Source of the DNA: a virus
Taxonomy: Duplodnaviria; Heunggongvirae; Uroviricota; Caudoviricetes
Direction: 5' to 3' (one strand)
DNA: 44,960 bases
Virus record (IMG/VR): IMGVR_UViG_2529292828_000011
A program made the position numbers and the translations under genes. The notes under the pieces were generated by a model. That model was not told the DNA's origin and searched no databases. It saw nothing but the letters and a program-made list of their open reading frames with translations. How positions within the stretch are numbered: position 1 is the first letter of the stretch; each line of letters opens with the position of its first letter. Below are positions 30,799 through 38,560 of this stretch, one piece after another.

Positions 30799-31077
30799 TT
30801 ACCTCCAGATCCGTTGCTGGAATGTGCGGGATGGGCGCGGTGGGCGTTCGGAGTAAGGGAGTCTGACTGAGATTATCCAGTGACGGTAGTCAAGGCTAAG
30901 GGCTTTCTTAACCTCGTATCCGCGCCTGCGGTAACACTGAATTATCCATTCAGCCTGCTCTTCAGTGCATGGAGGATGCTGGAACCATTCAGACTTGAAT
31001 GCGTGAGAATACCGCTCGTGCGTGCAGGCAAGAACGGGCGAATTCTCAGAATTGTAATATTTTACGTTGCGTGCCAT
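30799..31077 (-). CDS. hypothetical protein
   Basis: 92-aa ORF translationally coupled to the upstream gene; no family recognised. Confidence 0.4.
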   Translation of the reverse strand: MARNVKYYNSENSPVLACTHERYSHAFKSEWFQHPPCTEEQAEWIIQCYRRRGYEVKKALSLDYRHWIISVRLPYSERPPRPSRTFQQRIWR

Positions 31078-31143
31078 CGGTTTTCTCCGGTGGCACGGTG
31101 TTACTCAGCGGGAGTTCAGCCCCGCGCAAGATTGTAGATGAGT

Positions 31144-31395
31144 TTATTCTTCTGCAAAAGCTGAAAAGCCTGCTTTTATTCCGATCTCTTTCAGTGCCTG
31201 TAATGAAGTGACAAACTCACCTTCGCGCAAGATAAATCCGTCTGTCACTCGACTATCCACAAAATTAATTAACGCAGCCCCATTCTTTCGCAAACACATA
31301 ATGCGGTAATGACTAACAAGATTTCCATTTTCAACGCACACAGCATAGAGGCCATCTTCACAAAAAATTTTACGCAGTTCTTCGATGTTCATCAT
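31144..31395 (-). CDS. hypothetical small protein (possibly Rem-like, by position next to hok)
   Basis: 83-aa ORF between DUF968 gene and hok; assignment by Qin gene order only. Confidence 0.35.
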   Translation of the reverse strand: MMNIEELRKIFCEDGLYAVCVENGNLVSHYRIMCLRKNGAALINFVDSRVTDGFILREGEFVTSLQALKEIGIKAGFSAFAEE

Positions 31396-31510
31396 CAGAA
31401 TCCTTCCGGATAATTAGCTCTCCCCTTTAAGGGACCATCCCTCTTATCCCTGCGCGCTACTTAAGTATTTTTGATTCTATTCCGGCACCGTCCAGAACTT
31501 CAAACGCGTT

Positions 31511-31541
31511 GAAAATAAAAACAAAAACCCGCCGAAGCGGG
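31511..31541 (-). terminator. rho-independent terminator downstream of hok
   Basis: cccgcttcggcggg hairpin followed by tttttgttttt on the minus strand. Confidence 0.55.
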
Positions 31542-31611
31542 TTAAGTGTGGGTGCATTGAGGATGCCTGACTCATCAGAGATGGCGAGGGATTTCTCCCC
31601 CGCCTGGTCTC

Positions 31612-31767
31612 TTACTCCTCAGGTTCGTAAGCTGTGAAGACAGCGACCTCCGTCTGGCCGGTTCGGATTCGTACCTCGCAGAGGTCTTTCCTCGTTACCA
31701 GCGCCGTCACTATGACGGTTAAACAGATGACGATCAGGGCGATTAACATCGCCTTTTGCTGCTTCAT
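31612..31767 (-). CDS. hok: Hok-family type I toxin (HokD/RelF-like), 51 aa
   Basis: Translates to MKQQKAMLIALIVICLTVIVTALVTRKDLCEVRIRTGQTEVAVFTAYEPEE, a canonical Hok sequence; absent from the ORF track because it is under 60 aa. Confidence 0.85.
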   Translation of the reverse strand: MKQQKAMLIALIVICLTVIVTALVTRKDLCEVRIRTGQTEVAVFTAYEPEE

Positions 31768-31979
31768 AGCCCGCTTCTCTTTGACCTTTTGGTCGGTAAG
31801 AGGCTAATCTACGTATGCAAAGTATAGATGTGGCCTCAGATTAATGTTAAGCGTCTTGCAGGACGTGTAATGTTAACTGGGGCTTTTCTCTATCTGCCGT
31901 TGGTGTTCATGCCCGAGGCAGACAGCCTCAAGCACCCGCAGCCATTCTACTTAACTCCCGTTACCTCGCCAATATGAAA

Positions 31980-32069
31980 TCAGTCAGAAAGGCGATCCAT
32001 AAGAATAATGGCAAGACAATAAATCGCCATTACAGCCACAATAGCCAGCGCACATTTGAGAACCAGCAC
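31980..32069 (-). CDS. candidate small hydrophobic peptide (29 aa; type I toxin-like or truncated hok paralogue)
   Basis: GTG start preceded by AGGAGG at 5-nt spacing; encodes MLVLKCALAIVAVMAIYCLAIILMDRLSD. Confidence 0.3.
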   Translation of the reverse strand: MLVLKCALAIVAVMAIYCLAIILMDRLSD

Positions 32070-32247
32070 GGCAACCTCCTGTATAGAACGTACACCTGTC
32101 CTGATAAATATGAGGCTGTCTCGTCAGTGATTCAATACAACTATTGGGTATAGTTTCTGTAATTTTGTTCTGTAGAAATAGAACACAGCAACCAGTCACC
32201 ACCAGCACTTATTTAAATACGCAAAGTCCGGCGCAAGCCAACATTTT

Positions 32248-32275
32248 AGTCCGCTTTGAGCGAGAAGCGGAAGTT
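32248..32275 (+). repeat. left copy of an imperfect direct repeat flanking the 449-aa gene
   Basis: agtccgctttgagcgagaagcggaagtt; 15-bp core tgagcgagaagcgga identical to the right copy; contains inverted arms ccgctt/aagcgg. Confidence 0.6.
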
Positions 32276-32400
32276 CGCGGTTGAAAATAACACCATTAAG
32301 GTTGCGGTTGATTGATGGTGAATAAACGTTATATTAACCCACCCAATAACTCCTATAAAGAGGGAGTCATTGATTCCCTCTGTTATTTTTAAAACGAATA

Positions 32401-33750
32401 TCAAAGATATCTTTCTTCAAAATCCTTTGCTTCACATAGAGCTGGATTTATTCTTGCAATTATTTCTTGGCAATTAGAGATATTATCCTGCAGAGCTTTA
32501 ACAGCCTTTTCTTTAATTTTAGGGATATTATTGAATTTTCCTTTCATCATACCTTCAGCTCCAAATGAACCCCAATTGCCTGCAGCACAGATATGAACAA
32601 TGAGTTCGAAGCAATTTATGTTGTCCATCAAACTGGAGATGTCACCATCGTATGAATTTACACTCTGAGCAAAAGTGTTAGCTTCAGAGAAAGTTGTAGA
32701 TCCGGCCTGCCCAAAAATTGATTGGATGACTTTCTGTCTAGCCCACTCATGCCCTTTTATATTCTTCATCAGCACTGGGCTAAGTTTATATTTTTCAAGA
32801 ACATCATCAATGCTAGATCTAAAGCATCTATCAATAATTTCTCTTTCCAACCCAAGAACACTAATTGCAATCTGTACAGGGTGCCTTAAATAGGTATGCT
32901 GATCGGAGGATTTTGTAGTTGAAATTGTATCCTCAAACATTTTATTTAATCTTAAGTAAACAATATCCTCCATACCTTTTAGCAAATTACCATTGGTTGA
33001 AATACATTCCATTAAACATTGTCTTTTACTTTCATCCGAACTGCACTCAACTAAGAAATGCTTTTTTATTTGCTCAAGAACATCGTTATTTAGTGGTTTA
33101 AAAGATAGGCCTAAAAGATATCTTTTTGCATTAAGTTTTATTTGTTCATTGGCATTGTCTAATGACTCTATGAGTTTTTTCAGGAGGTATGAGTAACCAT
33201 CATGATGAAGATTTTTAACACCCTCATTTACTACGATAGCATGGTCCTGAATATTAGATGTTGGGAATAAGTATGAATTGGTAAGCTTAGATAGGATTTG
33301 GTCGGCAACTTGAGTTGTTGAAAGAACTGGCTTTGAAAGAAATCTATTTATAGTTTCTGAATACACATATCGAGCTTCTTCAGCTGTCGGTTTATGGCCT
33401 GAAGGATGTGCAGCTTTATTTCTGAGAGTTCTTAACACAGTGAGAAAGTCAGCATCAATCTCTGTAATTATTTTTTCAGATTTCAATTTATTAAGCAAAT
33501 CATTTTCGTAAACTTTTTGTTCATCTCTTTTCTTGGATATTTCTGTAAAGATCGCTTTAGCAACTCTATTCGTAGTGGCCATCCCGTCTAACTTTTTGAA
33601 TAAGTCCTCGAAGATGGCAATGAACGAAAGCACTACGCATGCTCGATGAGCACCAGTCATATAGCAAATTAGTGCTTCTCGCATGTATTCTTTAAGCTCA
33701 ACATCCACGATATCACCAATAAGCTCTTCCATATCTCTCAGACTCGACAT
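32401..33750 (-). CDS. orphan 449-aa protein with N-terminal HEPN-like domain (Rx4H motif RNKAAH), candidate abortive-infection/defence protein
   Basis: AT-rich gene with AAGGAG Shine-Dalgarno; N-terminal about 140 aa resemble DUF4145/HEPN-type domains (..LRTLRNKAAHPSGH..); C-terminal 300 aa helical with no recognised domain. Confidence 0.5.
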   Translation of the reverse strand: MSSLRDMEELIGDIVDVELKEYMREALICYMTGAHRACVVLSFIAIFEDLFKKLDGMATTNRVAKAIFTEISKKRDEQKVYENDLLNKLKSEKIITEIDADFLTVLRTLRNKAAHPSGHKPTAEEARYVYSETINRFLSKPVLSTTQVADQILSKLTNSYLFPTSNIQDHAIVVNEGVKNLHHDGYSYLLKKLIESLDNANEQIKLNAKRYLLGLSFKPLNNDVLEQIKKHFLVECSSDESKRQCLMECISTNGNLLKGMEDIVYLRLNKMFEDTISTTKSSDQHTYLRHPVQIAISVLGLEREIIDRCFRSSIDDVLEKYKLSPVLMKNIKGHEWARQKVIQSIFGQAGSTTFSEANTFAQSVNSYDGDISSLMDNINCFELIVHICAAGNWGSFGAEGMMKGKFNNIPKIKEKAVKALQDNISNCQEIIARINPALCEAKDFEERYL

Positions 33751-33849
33751 AATTGCTCCTTTTGTTTAAATTTTATACGAAAACACCTCAAGCAATTAGA
33801 ATGCCTTGCTCATCGTTGATTGGCAACATCCACTTTACAGGCCCACTAA

Positions 33850-33878
33850 AGTGCCGCCATGAGCGAGAAGCGGACGTT
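33850..33878 (+). repeat. right copy of the imperfect direct repeat flanking the 449-aa gene
   Basis: agtgccgccatgagcgagaagcggacgtt; same 15-bp core as the left copy. Confidence 0.6.
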
Positions 33879-34394
33879 TCACTCATAAAGACTGGATTTA
33901 CTATTACATTAAACTCAACAAGACCTGGCCGCACCCACTCAGCGCGATCTTTGCGCGTCCGGCCCGTTTCCGGCACTATTCCCCGTCCGTATTGTGAAAA
34001 AACACCCATGCTAATTTCTGCGCATCTGAATGCCTGCGCACGCGGGTGAATGGCGGGCGGTTTCGGGCAAATGCGGGAATTAAGGGAGGATTTCCGGCAG
34101 TAAACGTGCGAAGTATATTGATAAATCTGTACGTGATTCACGGTTAACAGGTGCGCTGTTTAGTGGGTGAACGTGAGGCGTTAAGCAGCGAGCTTTGTGA
34201 GGCGATAGCGGTTTTTAGAGCCAGCTGCAGGCTCAGGAAAAAATATTCTGTTTTCGGGGCAGACACCGCAAATGACGACATTTTGCGGGGGTCTGCCCTA
34301 TCCTGCATCTCAGCAAAGCGGTGCCCTGTTCCCACCATGAGGTTTACCCGTCGCAGACCGCCGTAAGGTCGCGTTTTCCCATTCCTTTCCGTAC

Positions 34395-34735
34395 AACGGG
34401 TTTCCTTAAAGGTGGTGCGATCCAAGCTTGGCTATATGCACGAACTCCCCGATCCACCCGACTACCACAGCAATTTAGGTAACTGTTCTCTTGATCCCAA
34501 TCTTGACAGGCACGATAAATCGCCAATGGTGGTAACCATTGGTAACTGGTTTTATGGAGCGAGTAAACGCACGAAAGTACAAAGAATTCTTGAAGTGTCG
34601 GCCTAACTACAGATACACTGAAAAGACAGTTTTGGTTACTGCGCTCCGTTAAAGCCAGTTACCACGGTTCAAAAAGTTGGTAGCTCTAAGAACCTTGAAA
34701 AAACACCATTGGTAGCGGTGTTTTTTCTTATCTAG
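34395..34735. other. ColE1-type plasmid replication origin remnant (RNA II body and antisense RNA I region)
   Basis: Collinear similarity, judged by eye, to the pBR322/ColE1 ori region (e.g. gaattcttgaagtgtcggcctaactacagatacactgaaaagacag vs gagttcttgaagtggtggcctaactacggctacactagaaggacag); weaker similarity may extend left to about 34170. Confidence 0.6.
34626..34726 (+). ncRNA. RNA I-like antisense RNA of the ColE1-type origin (possibly a relic)
   Basis: Begins ACAGUUUUGGUUACUGCGCUCCG.. (ColE1 RNA I begins ACAGUAUUUGGUAUCUGCGCUCUG..) and ends in a ..GGUAGCGGUGUUUUUU terminator-like stem. Confidence 0.45.
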
Positions 34736-34778
34736 AGCTGGATACTATCACCACACATAAATTCATTAAGGAAAAAAG

Positions 34779-35249
34779 ATGTCTTCTGGAAGAAGGAAAA
34801 AAACCGAAACACAAAAGAGAAATAATCAAAGCCTTATAGATATTATATCTAGCATAAGTGAGTTTAATAATATAAAAGAATTAGAGAGAGAAGAAGGATT
34901 TGAATTGGTTGCATTTAAATTCAATGAAGTCAATTTAATACTTGAGAAGAGAGTAGCATCTAGAATAATAGTAATGAGACTGATGAACTCTTTTAACACC
35001 AACGCCATGAAAATAGGCAAAGATAAACAATCGCTACTGTCCATTGCTAATAATTTTAATAGAAAATCAATAGGAATAAAATCGACAATAATTGAAGAAG
35101 AACAAACACCATTGATTGTTTTCACAGTAGAAGAGATTGCTGTTGATGAAAAGATGCTCAACTTATCTGGTGATTCGTTAAGAATGCTAGCCGCAATTTT
35201 AGCTGGAGCACCGACATTATTTGAAAAATTAGGAATGGCCAAAGATTAA
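34779..35249 (+). CDS. hypothetical 156-aa basic protein, first gene of an AT-rich two-gene operon
   Basis: ATG with AAGGAAAAAAG upstream; Lys/Arg-rich N-terminus; no recognised domain; followed 9 nt later by the membrane-protein gene. Confidence 0.55.
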   Translation: MSSGRRKKTETQKRNNQSLIDIISSISEFNNIKELEREEGFELVAFKFNEVNLILEKRVASRIIVMRLMNSFNTNAMKIGKDKQSLLSIANNFNRKSIGIKSTIIEEEQTPLIVFTVEEIAVDEKMLNLSGDSLRMLAAILAGAPTLFEKLGMAKD

Positions 35250-35258
35250 GGGATTAGC

Positions 35259-35966
35259 GTGGGCACCGAGATTGAAAACAAACAATTAGAAATCAATACG
35301 CCATCTACTGTAAGTAGCTATACTGCTGAAAAAAATAGTAATTCATCAGTAACTGAGGTCGCTTCAAGTTTTGCTGCGATACTTATTATCGTTGTTATAG
35401 TAGTTTTAATCCTTTGCCTTTTGCAAAAGATGCATGTGGCGATAACACGTTTTTTCGAATTCATAATCTCTGTACCTTGGTATAAAAGAACAGTATTAAT
35501 AGTCATAGGAGCCATATCAACCTACCTAACAACAAAAGTACCAACTTCCTATTCATTCCTTCCTATAATAATAGGTTACATAACCACTTTTGCATTTAAT
35601 GAGTTTGCGTCAAAGAAAGATATAGAGAAAGCAAAAGCGCCTCTTGAAGAGGATATTATAGGAAAAGAAAAAACAATAGTTCTTTTTAGAAGAATAATTG
35701 AGGAAAAGAAAAACATATTCCAAGAAATAATAATTAATCGTATTAATGCTTGTGTGAGGATCACAGGAAAAAACGATAGTGACACCCTAAGAAAGTTGAA
35801 AATAAAGATATGCGAACTACAAGATATTATTTTTGCTGAAAAAACCTTTACCGAAACGCCAGATGAAGCTATTAGAAGATACGAGAATTCAGTATCTGGA
35901 GATGTTGACATGGCAGCACAGACTATGTTTGGTGATAGCAGAAGTGAGCAAGCGACTGCTGCCTAA
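35259..35966 (+). CDS. hypothetical 235-aa membrane protein (three predicted TM helices plus charged C-terminal domain)
   Basis: GTG start with AAGGGA upstream; hydrophobic segments ..FAAILIIVVIVVLILCLL.., ..TVLIVIGAISTYL.., ..FLPIIIGYITTFAF..; C-terminal Lys/Glu-rich region. Confidence 0.55.
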   Translation: MGTEIENKQLEINTPSTVSSYTAEKNSNSSVTEVASSFAAILIIVVIVVLILCLLQKMHVAITRFFEFIISVPWYKRTVLIVIGAISTYLTTKVPTSYSFLPIIIGYITTFAFNEFASKKDIEKAKAPLEEDIIGKEKTIVLFRRIIEEKKNIFQEIIINRINACVRITGKNDSDTLRKLKIKICELQDIIFAEKTFTETPDEAIRRYENSVSGDVDMAAQTMFGDSRSEQATAA

Positions 35967-36187
35967 AAAGATCAATCGGCTTATGTTCATACATTGTAGT
36001 AAAAAGCTTATTTGGTAAAAGCCAATCTACAATAAGAGCATAAGTATGCTAAATATCACTTCAAATGCTCTATGTCTGCGATATTTACCATAACATCTCT
36101 TTCCGGCACCACCTGAGAGGGCCTCAACGAGGTTCTGCTGCTTTTCCTTGTCCGTATCTCGAAAAAACTCCTCAGATGTTCCTGCAT

Positions 36188-36224
36188 GTTTGCCTGATTA
36201 TGCGGTGAGATCTTTTCTACGCGG
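36188..36224. other. second ColE1-ori-like segment (RNA II promoter-proximal region), separated from the main remnant by about 1.46 kb
   Basis: gtttgcctgattatgcggtgagatcttttctacgcgg resembles pBR322 gtttgcaagcagcagattacgcgcag...gatcttttctacgggg, which directly follows the RNA I terminator in ColE1-type plasmids. Confidence 0.45.
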
Positions 36225-36338
36225 ATTAGTGATTACAAATGTTTAAAACGTCCGTTACTGGCACAAAGCGGACAACCACGCTAGCTCAACCCTGTGCCAT
36301 GAAAATGTCAATTCATATCTGAACTAATGCTCTTTAAT

Positions 36339-36764
36339 CTAGTAACGTCTAAAATATCGAACATTTCCCTGATAAAATGCCAGTATGCGCTGCATAACTT
36401 CACTCCTCCGGCACTCGCTACAAATTATGTTTAGACGACTGTCGTAGCGACGTATTTCTCCGTCAGATAATGACCAGATAAGATCCGGATCAACCACAGC
36501 AGGTTTCTTCACCTTTGCCCTCGAGAGTTTTTTGCGGGCGTTTTGCCAGTCCTTACGCGCCTGTTCAGACGGGAATAACCCGTAGCCGGAGTTGTATACA
36601 TCACCACTGGCAACCAACTCTCTGGCAAGAACGCTCATCAGATATCTTGTCGCACCTGTTTTAGCTTCCAGTTGCCGTAACGTCTCACGACCGCTCTGGC
36701 GCACGAGTTCCACCACCTGCCCTTTAATTTTTTCCCGCTCTTCTTGTGTAAAAACTTTTGCCAC
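36339..36764 (-). CDS. hypothetical protein in the replication module
   Basis: 141-aa ORF downstream of the replication initiator; no family recognised. Confidence 0.4.
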   Translation of the reverse strand: MAKVFTQEEREKIKGQVVELVRQSGRETLRQLEAKTGATRYLMSVLARELVASGDVYNSGYGLFPSEQARKDWQNARKKLSRAKVKKPAVVDPDLIWSLSDGEIRRYDSRLNIICSECRRSEVMQRILAFYQGNVRYFRRY

Positions 36765-36804
36765 AAGTCCCCCTTAAAATTACCTCATGACCTGAAATCA
36801 ACAC

Positions 36805-37770
36805 TTATCCCCTGAAACCAGGCGGAATTTCTGTATCCGGTTCAGAAATATGATTCACACAACGCTGTACAGGTGAACGTCCCAGGCGGATGACCAGTTC
36901 GTCCCATTTTTCACGGAGTTTTGACGGGCTCATGATGTTTTTTACCCAGAATGGATCTCGCTGAACCCGACCAAACATTTCGCAAATTTGTCTGTGGCTT
37001 CTGCCATCCAGCATCCGCATTGTACGCACGTCATTGGCCCAGGCAGTCCAGTTAGGCTCTTTTGGTCGCATGATCTCGCCATCATCACTGGCGGCCTGTT
37101 CGTAGAGACCCACGATCCGTCCCCAGATCCACTGCGCACACGCCAAATCCTCATGGCTACCCCACTGGCGTTTTTTCGTGCTAAACACAACTGCGTCAGG
37201 GTGCCGGATTAAAAAATCCTGTTCAGCCGTCTGCGGGTCCGGTTGCGAGGCTTCCGGACTAAAAGTGTTTTTATTCTCTGTAGTAATCTCTGTTGTATTC
37301 TCTGTAGGATCATCGGGCCATTTTGACCCGATGACATTGGGTCGTTTTGAACCAATGGAGCGTTTCATTTTGACCTCTTCCATCGTGTCATTTTGACCTG
37401 ATGGAGCGGCGCATTTTGAACCGATGGATTCGTTCAATTTGCCACCATCTAAAAGCTCGCTCCCATAGTTGATCGTGTAGAAATTGGTCATATCGCGCTT
37501 TGATTTATTGAGCTTTTCACAACGCAAAAGCCCCAGCGTTTTCAGACTTGCAAACGCGCGCTTTAACGTTGACTCTGACCAGAATGGGAACTGTTCCAGC
37601 CATTGTTCCGTTGTGTTATAAATCCAGCGAACACCATCACATTCCATACCGGAGTTGGTATCTCTCAACCAGTAGTGCAGTTGTTGCAAAACAATGGCTT
37701 CGTTTAAGCCGATTTTCATTGCCAGCTGCGTGTTTATAACCAGTGGGCGTTCAGCAAAAAGAAGACTCAT
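36805..37770 (-). CDS. replication initiation protein (lambda O-like role), with origin iterons inside the gene
   Basis: HTH-like N-terminal domain; internal SIGSK peptide repeats encoded by DNA iterons; position after the cro-side genes. Start at MSLLFAERP.. chosen to limit overlap. Confidence 0.55.
   Translation of the reverse strand: MSLLFAERPLVINTQLAMKIGLNEAIVLQQLHYWLRDTNSGMECDGVRWIYNTTEQWLEQFPFWSESTLKRAFASLKTLGLLRCEKLNKSKRDMTNFYTINYGSELLDGGKLNESIGSKCAAPSGQNDTMEEVKMKRSIGSKRPNVIGSKWPDDPTENTTEITTENKNTFSPEASQPDPQTAEQDFLIRHPDAVVFSTKKRQWGSHEDLACAQWIWGRIVGLYEQAASDDGEIMRPKEPNWTAWANDVRTMRMLDGRSHRQICEMFGRVQRDPFWVKNIMSPSKLREKWDELVIRLGRSPVQRCVNHISEPDTEIPPGFRG
37310..37440. repeat. iteron array (five to six direct repeats of about 20 bp), candidate phage origin
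   Basis: Repeated cattttgacc(c/t)gatgg-type units (cattttgacccgatgacat, cgttttgaaccaatggagcg, cattttgacctgatggagcg, cattttgaaccgatggattcg). Confidence 0.6.
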
Positions 37771-38272
37771 AATTCCATCCAGCTTTTTGTTGGTATTGCT
37801 GTCGATACGCAAGCTTGAAAGCAATTGCTTTTTCTATAAGTTCGTCAGTTTCACGATCTACAACGGCAGGATCTGCAAAAAGCAGTCCGGATTCCACCAC
37901 ATCGCCATATTCTTTATTTAACCCGGCGATCATGTACGTAATACTTTTTCCATCACTGATCTCACGATACAACCTGAAATCACTAATCCGGATAGCCTCC
38001 ATAATTGCAGGCACTAGCGCTGTGAACTTTTCACGCTTATCCCTGGTGTCGATAGCCTTCCAGCGTTCGAATATCTTCACTCGATTAACGCTAAGCGCTC
38101 GCTGATCAACCGCGCCACCTTCATATGTGACACGCTGAACATCGATGTTCGGGCGCTCTTTCAAAGCCCAGAATGCTTCAGTGATTAATATCGTCGCCTG
38201 CTCCTGTGTCATTCCTGGTCGACATATCCAGGCATCCAGAGCCTCACGAGCCTGTTCAGGAGTGATTTTCAT
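37751..38272 (-). CDS. hypothetical early-operon protein (cII-position; possibly YdaT-like)
   Basis: 173-aa ORF directly downstream of dicC; no confident family assignment. Confidence 0.4.
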   Translation of the reverse strand: MKITPEQAREALDAWICRPGMTQEQATILITEAFWALKERPNIDVQRVTYEGGAVDQRALSVNRVKIFERWKAIDTRDKREKFTALVPAIMEAIRISDFRLYREISDGKSITYMIAGLNKEYGDVVESGLLFADPAVVDRETDELIEKAIAFKLAYRQQYQQKAGWNYESSFC

Positions 38273-38483
38273 TGTTCAACCGCCCCGCCCGCTTCGTCTT
38301 ACGATATTCGTCATAAACCTTGGGATCATACAGAAGCTCGCCGCCAGATGCCTCCTGTAGACGCATCGCGCGACCTTCAGGAACCAGCTCTTGCCATTGA
38401 GAAACAGCAGATGGGTCAACGCCAGCAGCTTTCGCTACTTTGGCTTTCGTACCGTAAAAATTAATTACGTCTGATTTAAACAT
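38256..38483 (-). CDS. dicC: DicC-like Cro-type regulator
   Basis: 75 aa ending ..LVPEGRAMRLQEASGGELLYDPKVYDEYRKTKRAGRLNNENHS, as I recall E. coli DicC; divergent from dicA. Confidence 0.85.
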   Translation of the reverse strand: MFKSDVINFYGTKAKVAKAAGVDPSAVSQWQELVPEGRAMRLQEASGGELLYDPKVYDEYRKTKRAGRLNNENHS

Positions 38484-38560
38484 CGCACCTCCAATATTGA
38501 GTTTTCTCAATGCTAATCACTCAAGGAATCTCAAGTCAAGGGTTATTAAGATATCTAAAT
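38484..38560. promoter_or_regulatory. divergent dicC/dicA promoter-operator region
   Basis: 77-bp intergenic region between divergent repressor genes; contains the palindrome ttgagttttctcaa. Confidence 0.5.

Noticed and set aside
31768-31960. mok-like reading frame overlapping hok
   Set aside because: The overlapping frame is open across hok but I found no in-frame ATG/GTG/TTG in the leader, so a mok gene is not supported from sequence alone.
31984-32208. 74-aa Cys-rich minus-strand ORF from the ORF track
   Set aside because: No ribosome-binding site and improbable composition; the shorter 29-aa ORF in another frame (31980..32069) has the stronger translation signals.
34826-35242. 138-aa minus-strand ORF antisense to the first gene of the two-gene operon
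   Set aside because: Begins with TTG, has no Shine-Dalgarno and is Ser/Ile-rich low-complexity; the plus-strand gene has the better start context and operon partner.
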